From: Squalus acanthias
Lineage: Eukaryota
NCBI GenBank assembly: GCA_030390025.1
Contig: CM059432.1
Coordinates: forward strand, 71,798,001-71,862,000
Length of the DNA: 64,000 nucleotides
Direction: 5' to 3'
The notes beneath the pieces were generated by a model. It did no database searches. It saw only the letters and a program-made list of their open reading frames with translations, and was not told the DNA's origin. Numbering within the stretch: position 1 is the stretch's first letter; the number at the start of each line of letters is the position of its first letter. A program made the translations under genes and the position numbers. Below are positions 12,296 through 22,701 of this stretch, one piece after another.

Positions 12296-12337
12296 TTCAC
12301 CTGAGGAAGGGGCCACGTAAGCTCCGAAAGCTTGTGA
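12296..12337 (+). ncRNA. Minimal type I hammerhead ribozyme motif
   Basis: tTCAC-CTGAGGA-A-GGGGC-cacgtaa-GCTCC-GAAA-GC-TT-GTGA, with palindromic AAGCTT in place of stem III. Confidence 0.75.
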
Positions 12338-12599
12338 TTTCAAATAAAACTGTTGGACTATAACCTGGTGTTGTGCGACTTCTCATTTTTGTTCACCCCA
12401 GTCCAACACCGGCATCTCCGCATCATGACCTCCAGCTCCAGTTTCACCTGCTCCTTCTCCCGCATCTGTTTCTCAGCCAGGTTACTCCTTTAGGTGAGGT
12501 TGGTGCTGAAGATCTGGATCCAATCTTGGATGGTACAAGAACAGGGCTGTGATTCCCTGTTGCACTTCATTAGCAGCTCTTTTTGGTCTTGGAGCAATG

Positions 12600-13705
12600 T
12601 GCCAAAGCATTGCCAAAGGTATGGAGGGCTGATATTCCCTCCGTTATACTGCTCAAAATCGGGTGGTTTAATGGTGGAGAAGAAGGGAAAATAGAACAGG
12701 TAAAACCACAGCTGGATTCCTCCTTAAATATGCAAATTGTTCCATGGGACTGGAAAATAGTCAACCCTTGTTCAAGAAGGGAAAGAAGGATAAACTGTGT
12801 AATTGCAGGCCTGTTAGTCTAACGTCAGTTGTGGGCAAATGCTTAGAATGCATAATTTGAGATAAAATTTATAAATGCATGGGTTAATCAAAAACAGCCA
12901 GCACAGATTTGTAAAAAGCAAGTTTTGTTTTGCAAATTTAATAGAGTTTTTTGAAGAAGTGACAATTGTACAAATAAAGGGAATGAAGTGGATGTAGTGT
13001 TTATGGGGGTCCAGGTACATAGATCATTAAAATGTCATGAACAGGTACAGAAAATAATCAAAAAGGCTAATGGAATGCTGGCCTTAATATCTAGAGGACT
13101 AGAATACAAGGGGGTAGAAGTTATGCTGCAGCTATACAAAACCCTGGTTAGACCACACCTGGAGTACTGTGAGCAGTTCTGGGCACCACACCTTAGGAAG
13201 GATACATTGGCCAAGGAGGGAGTGCAGCGTAGGTTTACCAGAATGATACCCGGACTTCAAGAGTTAAGTTACGAGGAGAGATTACACAAATTAGGGTTGT
13301 ATTCACTGGAATTTAGAAGGTTAAGGGGTGATCTGATTGAAGTTTTCACGATATTAAGGGGAACTAATAGGGTAGATAGAGAGAAACTATTTCCGCTGGT
13401 TGGAGATTCTAGGACTAGGGGGCATAGTCTAAAAATTAGAGCCAGACCTTTCAGGAGTGAAATTAGGAAACACTTCTACACAGAAAGGGTGGTAGAAGTT
13501 TGGAACTCTCTTCCGCAAACGGCAATTGATGCTAGATCAATTGTTAATTTTAAATCTGAGATTAATAGCTTTTTGTTAACCAAAGGTATTAAGGGATATG
13601 AGTCAAAGGGGGGTATATGGAGTTAGGTCGCAGATCAGCCATGATCTCATTGAATGGCAGAACAGGCTCAAGGGGCTGAATGGCCTACTCCTGTTCCTAT
13701 GTTCC
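12600..13705 (+). mobile_element. CR1 LINE pieces (old fragment to ~13000, younger 3' end 13002-13705)
   Basis: Decayed DWKI/VSLTSVVGK region, then the ORF with RPHLEYCEQFW...RRLRGDLIEVF and the tail cctactcctgttcctatgttcct. Confidence 0.88.
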
Positions 13706-13706
13706 T

Positions 13707-16700
13707 ACACTGCAGTCCATGTGGTGAAGGTACTCCCACAGTGCTGTTAGGGAGGGAGTTCCAGGATTTTGACCCAGCGACGATGAAGGAACGGCCATAC
13801 ATTTCCAAGTCAAGATGGTGTGTAACTTGGAGGGGAACTTGGAGGTGATGGTGTTCCCATGAGTCTGCTGCCCTTGTCCTTCTAGGTGGTAGAGGTCGTG
13901 GATTTGGGAGGTGCTGTCAAAGAAGAAGCCTTGGCGAGTTGCCGCAGTGCATCTTGTAGGTGGTACACACTGCAGCCACGTTGTGCCGGTGGTGGAGGGA
14001 GTGAATGTTTAAGGTGGTGGTTGGGGTGCCAATCAAGCGGGGTGTTTGTCCTGGATGGTGTCGAGTTTCTTGTGTGTTGTTGGAGCTGCACTCATCCAGG
14101 CAAGTGGAGAGTATTCCATCACACTCCTGACTTGTACCTTGTAAATGGTAGAAAGGCTTTGGGGAGTCAGAAGGTGAGACACTCGCTGCAGAATACCCAG
14201 CCTCTGACCTGCTCTTGTGGCCACAGTATTTATGTGGCTGGTCCAGTTAAGTTTCTGGTCAATGGTGACCCCCAGGATGTTGATGGTGGGGGATTCGGTG
14301 ATGGTAATGCCATTGAATGTCAAGGGGCAGTGGTTAGACTCTCACTTGTTGGAGATAGTTATTGCCTGGCACTTGTGTGGCGCGAATGTTACTTGCCACT
14401 TATCAGCCCAAGCCTGAATGTCATCCAGGTCTTGGTGCATGTGGACATTGATTGCTTCATTATCTGAGGAGTTACGAATGTAACTGAACACTGTGCAATC
14501 ATCAGCGAACATCCCCACTCTAACCTTATGTTGGAGGGAAGGTCATTGATGAAGCAGCTGAAAATGGTTGGGCCTAGGTCACTGCTATGAGGAACTCCTG
14601 CAGCGATGTCCTGGGGCTGAGTTGATTGGCCTCCAACAACCGCAACCATCTTCCTTTGTGCTAGGTATGACTCCAACCAGTGGAGAGTTTTCCCCCCGAT
14701 TCCCATTGACCTCAATTTTACTAGGGCTGCTTGATGCCACACTCGATCAAGGGCAGTTACTCTCGTCTCACCTCTGGAATTCAGCTCTTTTGTCCAGGTT
14801 TGGACCAAGGCTTTAATGAGGTCTGGAGCCGAGTGGCCCTGGTGGAACCCAAACTGAGTATTGGTGAGCAGGTTATTGCTGCTTGATTGCACTGTTGACG
14901 ACACCTTCCATCACCTTGCTGATGATTGAGAGTAGACTGATGGGGCGGTACTTGGCCAGATTGGATTTGTCCTGCTTTTTGTGGACAGGATATACCTGGG
15001 CAGTTTTCCATATTGTCAGATATATACCAGTGTTATACTGGAACAGCTTGGCTAGAGGTGCGGTTAGTTCTGGAGCACAAATCCTCAGCACGACAGCCAG
15101 GATGTTTTCGGGGCCCATAGCCTTTGCTGTATCCAGTGCGCTCAGCTGTTTCTTGATGTCTCGTGGAGTGAATCGAATTGGCTGAAGACTGGCTTCTGTG
15201 ATGCTGGGGACCTCAGGAGGAGGCTGAGATGAATCAGCCACTCGGCACTTCTGGCTGAAGATGGTTGCAAACGCTTCAGCCTTGGCTTTTGCACTTGCCT
15301 GCTGGGCTCCGCCATCATTGAGAATGGGGATATTTATGGAGCCTCCTCCTCCCGTTAGTTGTTTAATTGTCCACCACCATTCACAACTGGACGTGGCAGG
15401 ACTGCAGAGCTTTGATCTGATCCGTTGTTTGTGGGATCGCTTAGCTCTGTCTATAGCATGCTGCTTCAACTGTTTATCATGCATGTAGTCCTGTGTTGCA
15501 GCTTCCCCAGGTTGGCACTGCATTTTTAGTTATGCCTGGTGCTGCTCCTGGCATGCTCTTCTTCACTCCTCATTGAACCAGGGTTGGTCCCCTGGCTTGA
15601 TGGTAATGGTAGATTGAGGGATGTGCCAGGCCATGAGGTTACAGATTGTGGTGGAATACAATTCTGCTGCTGCTGCTGATGGCCCACAGTGCCTCATGGA
15701 TGCCCAGTGTTGAGCTGCTAGATCTGTTCTGAATCTATCACATTTAGCACCGTGGTAGTGCCACACAACATTGTGGAGGGTGTCCTCAGTGTGAAGACAG
15801 GACTTCGTCCCAACAAGGACTGTGCGGTGATCACTGCTAATCATCAATACTGTCATCGTCAGATGCATCTGTGACAGGTAGATTGGCGAGGACAAGGTCA
15901 AGTAGGTTTTGTCCCTTGTGTTGGTTCTCTCACCATCTGCTACAGGCCCAATCTGGCAGCTATGTCCTTCAGGACTCAGCCAGCTCGGTTAGTAGTGGTG
16001 CTACCAAGCCACTCTTGGTGATAGACATTGAAGTCCCCCAACCAGAGTAGATTCTGTGCCCTTGCTACCTTCAGTGCTTCTTCCAAGTGGTGTTCAACTT
16101 GGAGGAGTACTGATTCATCAGCTGAAGGTGGATGGTAGGTAGTAATCAGCAGGAGGTTTCCTTGCCCATGCTTGACCTGAAGCCATGAGACTTCATGGAG
16201 TCCGGAGTCAATGTTAAGTACTCCCAGGGCCATTCCCTCCCGACTGTATACCACTGTGCCACCATCTCTGGTGGGTCTGTCCTGCCGATGGGACAGAGCA
16301 TACCTAAGGATAGTGATGGAGGAGTCTGGGACGTTGGCTGAAAGGTATGATTCAGTGAGTGTGACTATGTCAGGCTGTTGCTTGACTAGTCTGTAGGACA
16401 GGTCTCCCAATTTTGGCACTAGTCCCCAGATGCGAGTGAGGAGGACTTTGCAGGGTCGACTGGGCTGGATGCTGTTGTCGTGTCTGAAGCTGGTGTCTAG
16501 GTCAATGCAGGGTGCTCAGTTTGGTTTTATTCTTATTATTGTTTTTCTTCGCAGTTTGGTACAACTGAGTGGCTTGTTCAGCCATTTCAGAGGGCAGTTA
16601 AGAGTCAACCACATTGCTGTGGGTCTGGAGTCACATATAGGCCAGACCAGGTATGGATGGCAGATTTACTTCATTAGTGAATCAGATGGGTTTTTAACGA

Positions 16701-16877
16701 CAATCTGATAGTTTCATGGTCACCATTACTGATACTAGCTTTTTATTCCAGATTTATTTAATTAACTGAATTTAAATTTCCCAGCTGCCGTGGTGGGATT
16801 TAAACTCACGTCTCTGGATTGTTAGTCCAGGCCTCTGGATTACTAGCCCAGTAGCATAACCACTATGCTACTGTACC
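13707..16877 (-). mobile_element. CR1/L2-superclade LINE (non-HER1 family) with APE-RT ORF, no ORF1 and a tRNA-derived 5' head
   Basis: APE motifs PDIVTLTESYL, WLGDFN and SDH; RT motifs YRPISLLS, QFGF, GVP..S.LGPTIFSCFINDL and VRSVMEYS in frameshifted ORFs 16419 to ~13880. The 5' 16540-16877 segment carries A/B boxes. Confidence 0.85.
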
Positions 16878-16924
16878 ATTGAGAACTAGTTTAGTCACGG
16901 ATGTTTCTCCTCCATGCTGTAAAC

Positions 16925-17360
16925 CGTGGCTCAGTGGTAGCCCTCTTGATTCTGAGCCAGGAGGTTGTGGGTTCAAGTCCCACTCCCGAGATTTGAGCAT
17001 AAAATCTAGGCTGACACTCCAGTGCGGTACTGAGGGTGTTCTGCACTGTCAGAGGTTCCATCTTTTGGATGAGATTTTAAACCTGCTCTCTCAGGTGGAC
17101 GTAAAAGATCCCATGGCACTCTTTCAAAGAAGAGCAGGGCAGCTCTCCCTGGTGTCCTGGCCATTATTTATCCCTCAACCAACATCACTAAACTAGATTA
17201 TCTGGTCATTTGTCTCATTATTATTTGTGACCTTACTGTGCACAAATGCTATGTTTCCTACATTACAATAGTGACTACAATTCAAAAAAAGTATTTAATC
17301 ATAGTAGCAGTAAAGCACTTTAGGCTATGAAAAATGCTATATAAATGCAAGTTCTTTCTT
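16925..17360 (+). mobile_element. DeuSINE (SacSINE1-like), near full length
   Basis: tRNA head TGGCTCAGTGG...GGTTCAAGTCC, Deu-type body, and L2-type tail gctatataaatgcaagttctttc shared with 3240-3300. Confidence 0.82.
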
Positions 17361-17784
17361 TCCATCTGATTTTTTTCCTCCCCTCATGCCTTTCTTGAAG
17401 GCAGTGACACATGTTGGAATCTAGTTCCTAAGCAGTAAGCTTTCCATCTGTGACCCCGGATAGTAAGTGTTGGTGGGCTCCCCAAACAATGTTCTGAGAC
17501 ATTCTTCTACATGAGAGGTGCTGTATTAATACAAGTTATTGTTGTTGTGCGCTTTTTTCAACAGTAATCACCAAATAGCAGTCAGCATCCTGAGTTGATT
17601 TTTTTCCTCAGCCACAGTAAGGTCAGTTGTATCACTCGCACTGCCACTTGAGCTAAGATGAGTTAACTCAGTAAGGACCAAAGATTGAACCTGCCACCTT
17701 CCTGGCTCAGCATCGCATGAAACGTTATCTTAATCCACTGAGCCATTCGGCAGCCTTGTACTGAGTGCGTTTCAATGATTAGAG

Positions 17785-18180
17785 GGAACGGTAGGATAGT
17801 GGTTATGTTACTGGACTAGTAATCCACAGGCCTGGACTAATGATCTGGAGACATGAGTTCAAATCACCACCACGGCAGCTGGGGAATTTAAATTCAGTTA
17901 ATTAAATAAATCTGGAATAAAAGAGTTAGTATCAGTTTAGTAATGGTAACCATGAAACTACCAGATTGTTGTTAAAACCCACCTGGTTAACTAATGTCCT
18001 TTAGGGAAGGAAATCTGCCATCCTTACCTGGTCTGGTCTATATGTGACTCCAAACCCTAGCAAGCCACTCAGTTGTCAAGAAGGCAGCTCACCACCACCT
18101 TCTCAAGGGCAATTAGGGACGGGCAATAAATGCTGGCCTTGCCAGTAATGCTCATATCCTGCGAATGAATAAAGAATAAA
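17785..18180 (+). mobile_element. tRNA-derived bipartite SINE (LINE 5' head + LINE 3' tail)
   Basis: 17785-18075 matches the reverse complement of 16560-16877. 18076-18175 matches the reverse complement of 25845-25930. Decayed copies lie at ~46135-46395 (+) and ~38840-39225 (-). Confidence 0.85.
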
Positions 18181-18379
18181 ATTAATAATTATGTATGATT
18201 TAGCTAATAGGATATGAATTGTTGATAGCAATTAAAGTTTGGAAATAGAGCAGCTCAGATTTAATTTTGCATCCAGTATCTGCTAGTGCTGTTCAATAAC
18301 TGGACACTAGGTGGTGAATAAGAACATTTTAAGGTAACTTCCTGCTTATTTGTTCCATTTCTCTGTGGAGAAACATCTG

Positions 18380-19145
18380 GGCCCAAAAATTCGGCCTAAT
18401 ACGGGAGAGTACGCACTGTGTACTCACCCGTATTAGATCCCGAAGTGCCGGTTTCCTGCATGCACTGCGCATGCGCGGGAAACCGGCACTTCCGGTATGG
18501 CGAAGGGGGCGGTTCCTAGGTGAACCGTGTGCGCGCTACAGGCTGTGCGCACGCAGCACACTTAGTTTTTTTTTCAGGTTTCAACGCGAGGGTAAGTATG
18601 GAAGAATTTACACATGAAAAAAGGAGGCGTAAGACTCCCTTTTAACAAGGTAAGTAGTTAATTAAGTATAATTTAAAATTTTTTTCAACAGGTTTATCTT
18701 TTTTAGAAACTTTAAAGAAAGGTAAGTTTATTTTTATAACTTTTAAAAAGAATTTACATTTTTTCAAAAATTTAAATTTTTGTTTAAAGTGGTTAATTTA
18801 TTTAACTATAGTTATTTTATTAATGTGATGGTTTTTTAAAAAAAATTTATTTGAGGTTTAGCTGTTCTTTTGGGGGCAATTTGTATTCATAGATTTAACA
18901 GGTCTCATGTCAAATCTATGAATGAAAGATAGTCTGCTGCCATTGGCTCTCCATGGCCCACGTGATCCCAGAGGTCGCATCGCACTAACTGCGCCTCTGG
19001 GACACGCACACACTGCGCGCCGGCACCAGGGAGAGGCCCAGGACCCAAAGTTCCTGTGGGCCCGAAACACAACGGCTGGCGCGGAGTGTGATATCGCGCA
19101 AGATCCTTACCCCCGCGGCAAGCCTCCGAGTCAAATTTCTGGGCC
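18380..19145. mobile_element. PIF/Harbinger-type MITE
   Basis: TIRs GGCCCAAAAATT / AATTTCTGGGCC, TSD CTG, AT-rich core. Second copy at 59363-60106. Confidence 0.85.
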
Positions 19146-19689
19146 CTGGCCTCTGTTCAGTGCATCCCTACCTTGACAAGTCTGAGGTCAAGAACACACC
19201 AGGTGGAGAAGGTGGCCAAGGAATCATGTCCCACCACTGTATGTTGCAGCACATTGGAGCACCATCATGTTTTGACAGAGGGGGGAATTTGAACACCCCT
19301 TCCCTCCGGCGGAAACTGGCCTGGAGATCAGTTAAAAAGAAGCGGATCAATTACCCACTCCATGCGCACAACGCGATGATTTTAATGCCCTTATTTTTGT
19401 TGGCAGCTGAGGCGGCCACCTAAATCATGGGGGAGACTCGCATTAATGCAAATTAAGGTCCTATTCTGTCAATAGGACCCTGACGCCCTTTTAACCTCAA
19501 CCTACCTCCAATCCCTTATCACTATGTAGTTTCTCTTCCATATCCTCCTCTGTCCTGTTCAATTTCACCTCTTCCACAACACCCAACTCTAGCTCTTTCC
19601 ATCCCCTCCCTGACCAATCAATTACCTCTCCTGGCCCCCATGCTTGCTAGCAATGTCAATGGGTCCATTGTTCTGTAAGTAAGCAAAAT

Positions 19690-22000
19690 AGATATGTTTA
19701 ATTAGGCTTTTGAAGGAGGTAGAGAGATAGTAAGGTTGAAGTGTTTAGAGAGAATGCTCCAGGGTGTGAGCTGAAATGGTTAGTGGTTCTGCAGGTAGAA
19801 GTGGAGTGGAGAGTAAAGGGGATGCAAGTGATGTGAGAGTTAGAAATGCAGACGGTGTGTACAGGAACACAGGGTTGAATGAGGCTCCAGAGGTAGGGAG
19901 GGGTGAGGCCGTGGAGAGATTTGTAAGTGAAGACAAAGATTTTGAAACTGATCAGCAGATAGGGAGCCAGTGAACTTTAGTGAACATGGGGGTAACATGG
20001 AATTGGAATTAGTGCCGGATTGGATGTGGGTGGCAGAGATTTGGACAAGTTGCAGTTATGAAGGGCAGAAATCAGGAAGCCGGCAAGGATAGCTTAGATT
20101 AATTGATTCTGGCAGTGACAAAGGCATGGATAAGTGTTTCAGAGGCATTGGAGATGAAGGGGTGGAAATGGGTTGTCCTGGTGAAAGCAAAGAAGTGGAG
20201 TTTGTAGCTCAGCACAAACAGAGAACCACTCTTATCCTGTAAGGGTTTTTGTCTCTCAGCCTGTGAGATTCGTGTGGCTCTGTGCAGCCCGGGTGCTAGT
20301 GCGGGTTTAGGCCTTGTTGCCTGTTCTGGTCTCCAGCCAGTCTGGGAGCACTATACACACCTGTGAGTGGTTCGACCCACTCATCCTTACGGTTCTAGAC
20401 ACTGGACTTAGATGCGAGAGCAATAATGGAGATGAAACTCAGGTAGACTCGGTTGAATGGTACGAAATGGAAAATCTTTATTGCATAATATTTAAGATTA
20501 CGAAATACATGTCATAAGCACAGATTAATGACAGTATAATCTTACACACAGTTATGTAACTAATTTCAGGGAAACGAGGAACGAACGACACATCGTAAAT
20601 GGGGGCACACATTACAATTATCCTTAATACTTAAAACCCTCCCCTATCAATATCTGTCCTAAGCTAGATTCGTAGGATTCGAGACTCATGCTCACCACTC
20701 GTGATAACTCGGAGAATTCCGAAAACTCTGATCGGATGTTTTTCACCGCAGCGCCCACGTGTCGATCAGGGGGTCTCCTGGCCCCACTTGTTTACTCGTT
20801 TCTGCTCCGGCTAGCAGGCTGGAACGTCTGCTGTCATGAAGATCTGTGTTGTCCTCGGAGTTCCGACTCTACTCAAAGAAGAGTCTTCCTGTGCCCTCAC
20901 ACCGGTTCGATAAAATTCGAAAAATAGTCTTCCTGTGTCAGTTCTGTAGAACTCAAAGAAGTCTTCCTGGCAAGGAAAATGTCTATTCGACCTACAGGCG
21001 CGGTCGGGGCTTACTGACCGTGGCGATAAGTATGGTCTTCTTCTCTTTTCATCTCATCTCATCTCGGGCCTTCGGTTCCAACACCGTTTACCGACTTATC
21101 GGGATGGTGCGCCCGCTTCAAGGCTTCAGAGCCCAGTTCTACACAGGTCTTCGCGACACGACACGAAGTAGATCCGAGCGGATCATAAAGTTCAACAGTC
21201 TTTTGAAAAAAAAAAGACACGAGGCAAGCAGGAACAAGACGGCGAGTCAAGGGCAGCCACCAGGATAAGAGTCAACCGAATAAGAGAAAAATGGACGGTT
21301 TGGAGCTTGCAATTATAGTGCAAAATCTTCCGTTTCCCGCCCAACCTTAATGTCTTTCCTTTTGTTAGGGTTTGGCGCTCAAATGTCTTGTATAGGGTGA
21401 TCTTCGTTTTAATGGGTTTCGGGGCTACTCGTAAATGTCTGAGTACCTGTTAATATTTCTCCCATTGTTTAATCGGTCGGTGTTCTCCCTGGAGGGGTTT
21501 TGGGGCTTCCAAGTGTTTTCTGTAACTACCCGCTAACGGCTCTCTCATCGTAGAGTCGTTGGGATTTTACATATTAATGTCTTTGGATGGGTTCTTGATT
21601 ACTTGGTACAACAGCCCTCATTCGCACCTGGGAGACCGATTTCAGTATTTATGTGTATACTGTGAACCCATGATGTCTCGTGTATTATCTTAAATGTGCT
21701 GAGTCCTAATCGATCTTGCACAAATGTTTATTGGAACGCCATCTTGTCTGCCTGTCGAAAAGTCTAGAATGTTCTGTCACGAGGTGCGGCGGCCATTTTA
21801 CAAGCTGCTTGTGTCCACTTTGAAAACCTGGCAGCATTCTGCTGAAATAAAAGCTGTTTGAACGAAACTCTGTGTTCTTCTCCTTATTAATAAAATCACG
21901 ATATATTGCGAATTCTACAATCCACAATCATGCTCAGCCTGAGGGAACTGCCAGAGAGAGTTGAGTGCTAAGATATGGAGCTTAAGTGGGAGCCAAACAG
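19690..22000 (-). mobile_element. Old L2 LINE fragment hosting the solo LTR
   Basis: 19690-20237 and 21920-22000 are collinear with, and decayed relative to, 46760-47400. Confidence 0.55.
20238..21919. mobile_element. Solo LTR (1682 bp) of an ERV/LTR retrotransposon
   Basis: TGTA...TACA termini, 4-bp TSD ATCC (20234-20237 and 21920-21923), CpG-rich, no coding homology. The host L2 rejoins across it. Confidence 0.78.
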
Positions 22001-22072
22001 GATGGTTTTAATCTTACTGATGTTTAGTTGAAAAAATTCTTGTTCATCTAAGATTTGATATTGGCTCAACAG

Positions 22073-22248
22073 CAGTGTTCCCTGTGAGCTGCGCTTTGTT
22101 CTGCACAGCCTGTCTTTTTTTAATGTGCAGTCCCTTTAAATTTCTGCGCATGCATGGTATTTACAATGTAAAAGCCAGTGAGTGGCCTGCGTGGGGCCTT
22201 TCAGATTACTGCACGGCTGTGCACGTGTGCACCTTAGCAGGAACACTG
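22073..22248. mobile_element. hAT-type MITE
   Basis: TIR CAGTGTTCC / GGAACACTG with a perfect 8-bp TSD CTCAACAG. Confidence 0.88.
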
Positions 22249-22701
22249 CTCAACAGTGGTGGCCACGGAATCATTCGCAGAGAGCTAAAGCTAGGTGTCA
22301 CCAGCATACATGTGAAAGCTCACCTCATGCCTATGTCATCAAGGGCAGCATGTAGATAATGAAAAGAGGTTCAGAGTTTGGGGCACTCTATTCAATTTTA
22401 TTGCATCAATGAAAATTGAGCAGGGTGTAAAACAGGCTGCCAATTCGTTGTTGCTCAGTTTGCACTTCCACCAAAGACCAATTTCTCCCCCTTTAGTTCT
22501 GTTCTAACCATCTGTTTTTTTTATTCTGTATTTCTTCTTTCTTCCCAATTCTGTCATCTTTATTCTGTATCTTAAACTTTACTGCATCTCATTATTTCTT
22601 ATCTATAGTGTTTATTTAGATTTTATTTCATTTCTTTATGTTCAAAAATACTGAACTTACATTTTCGGTGGCCCACTGCCTATTCTAGATCTGGAACCCA
22701 T

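Larger units (their letters stand above)
8584..12429. mobile_element. Penelope-like retroelement (probably Neptune group) with an inverted partial copy at its 5' end
   Basis: Minus copy 8584-11062 and plus copy 11063-12429. Arms 8584-9912 and 11063-12391 are near-identical inverted repeats. Candidate TSD CTCCAGCACCA (8575-8585) / CTCCAGCTCCA (12430-12440). Confidence 0.93.

Noticed and set aside
8584..12391. Inverted repeat as an assembly fold-back artefact
   Set aside because: The arms differ at several sites, have unequal 3' ends and are flanked by a plausible TSD. Long reads would still be the final test.
16780..17880. tRNA genes at ~16790-16877, ~16925-16990, ~17690-17750 and ~17785-17875
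   Set aside because: A/B boxes are present but the cloverleaves are incomplete and each runs into a repeat body, so they are SINE/LINE heads.
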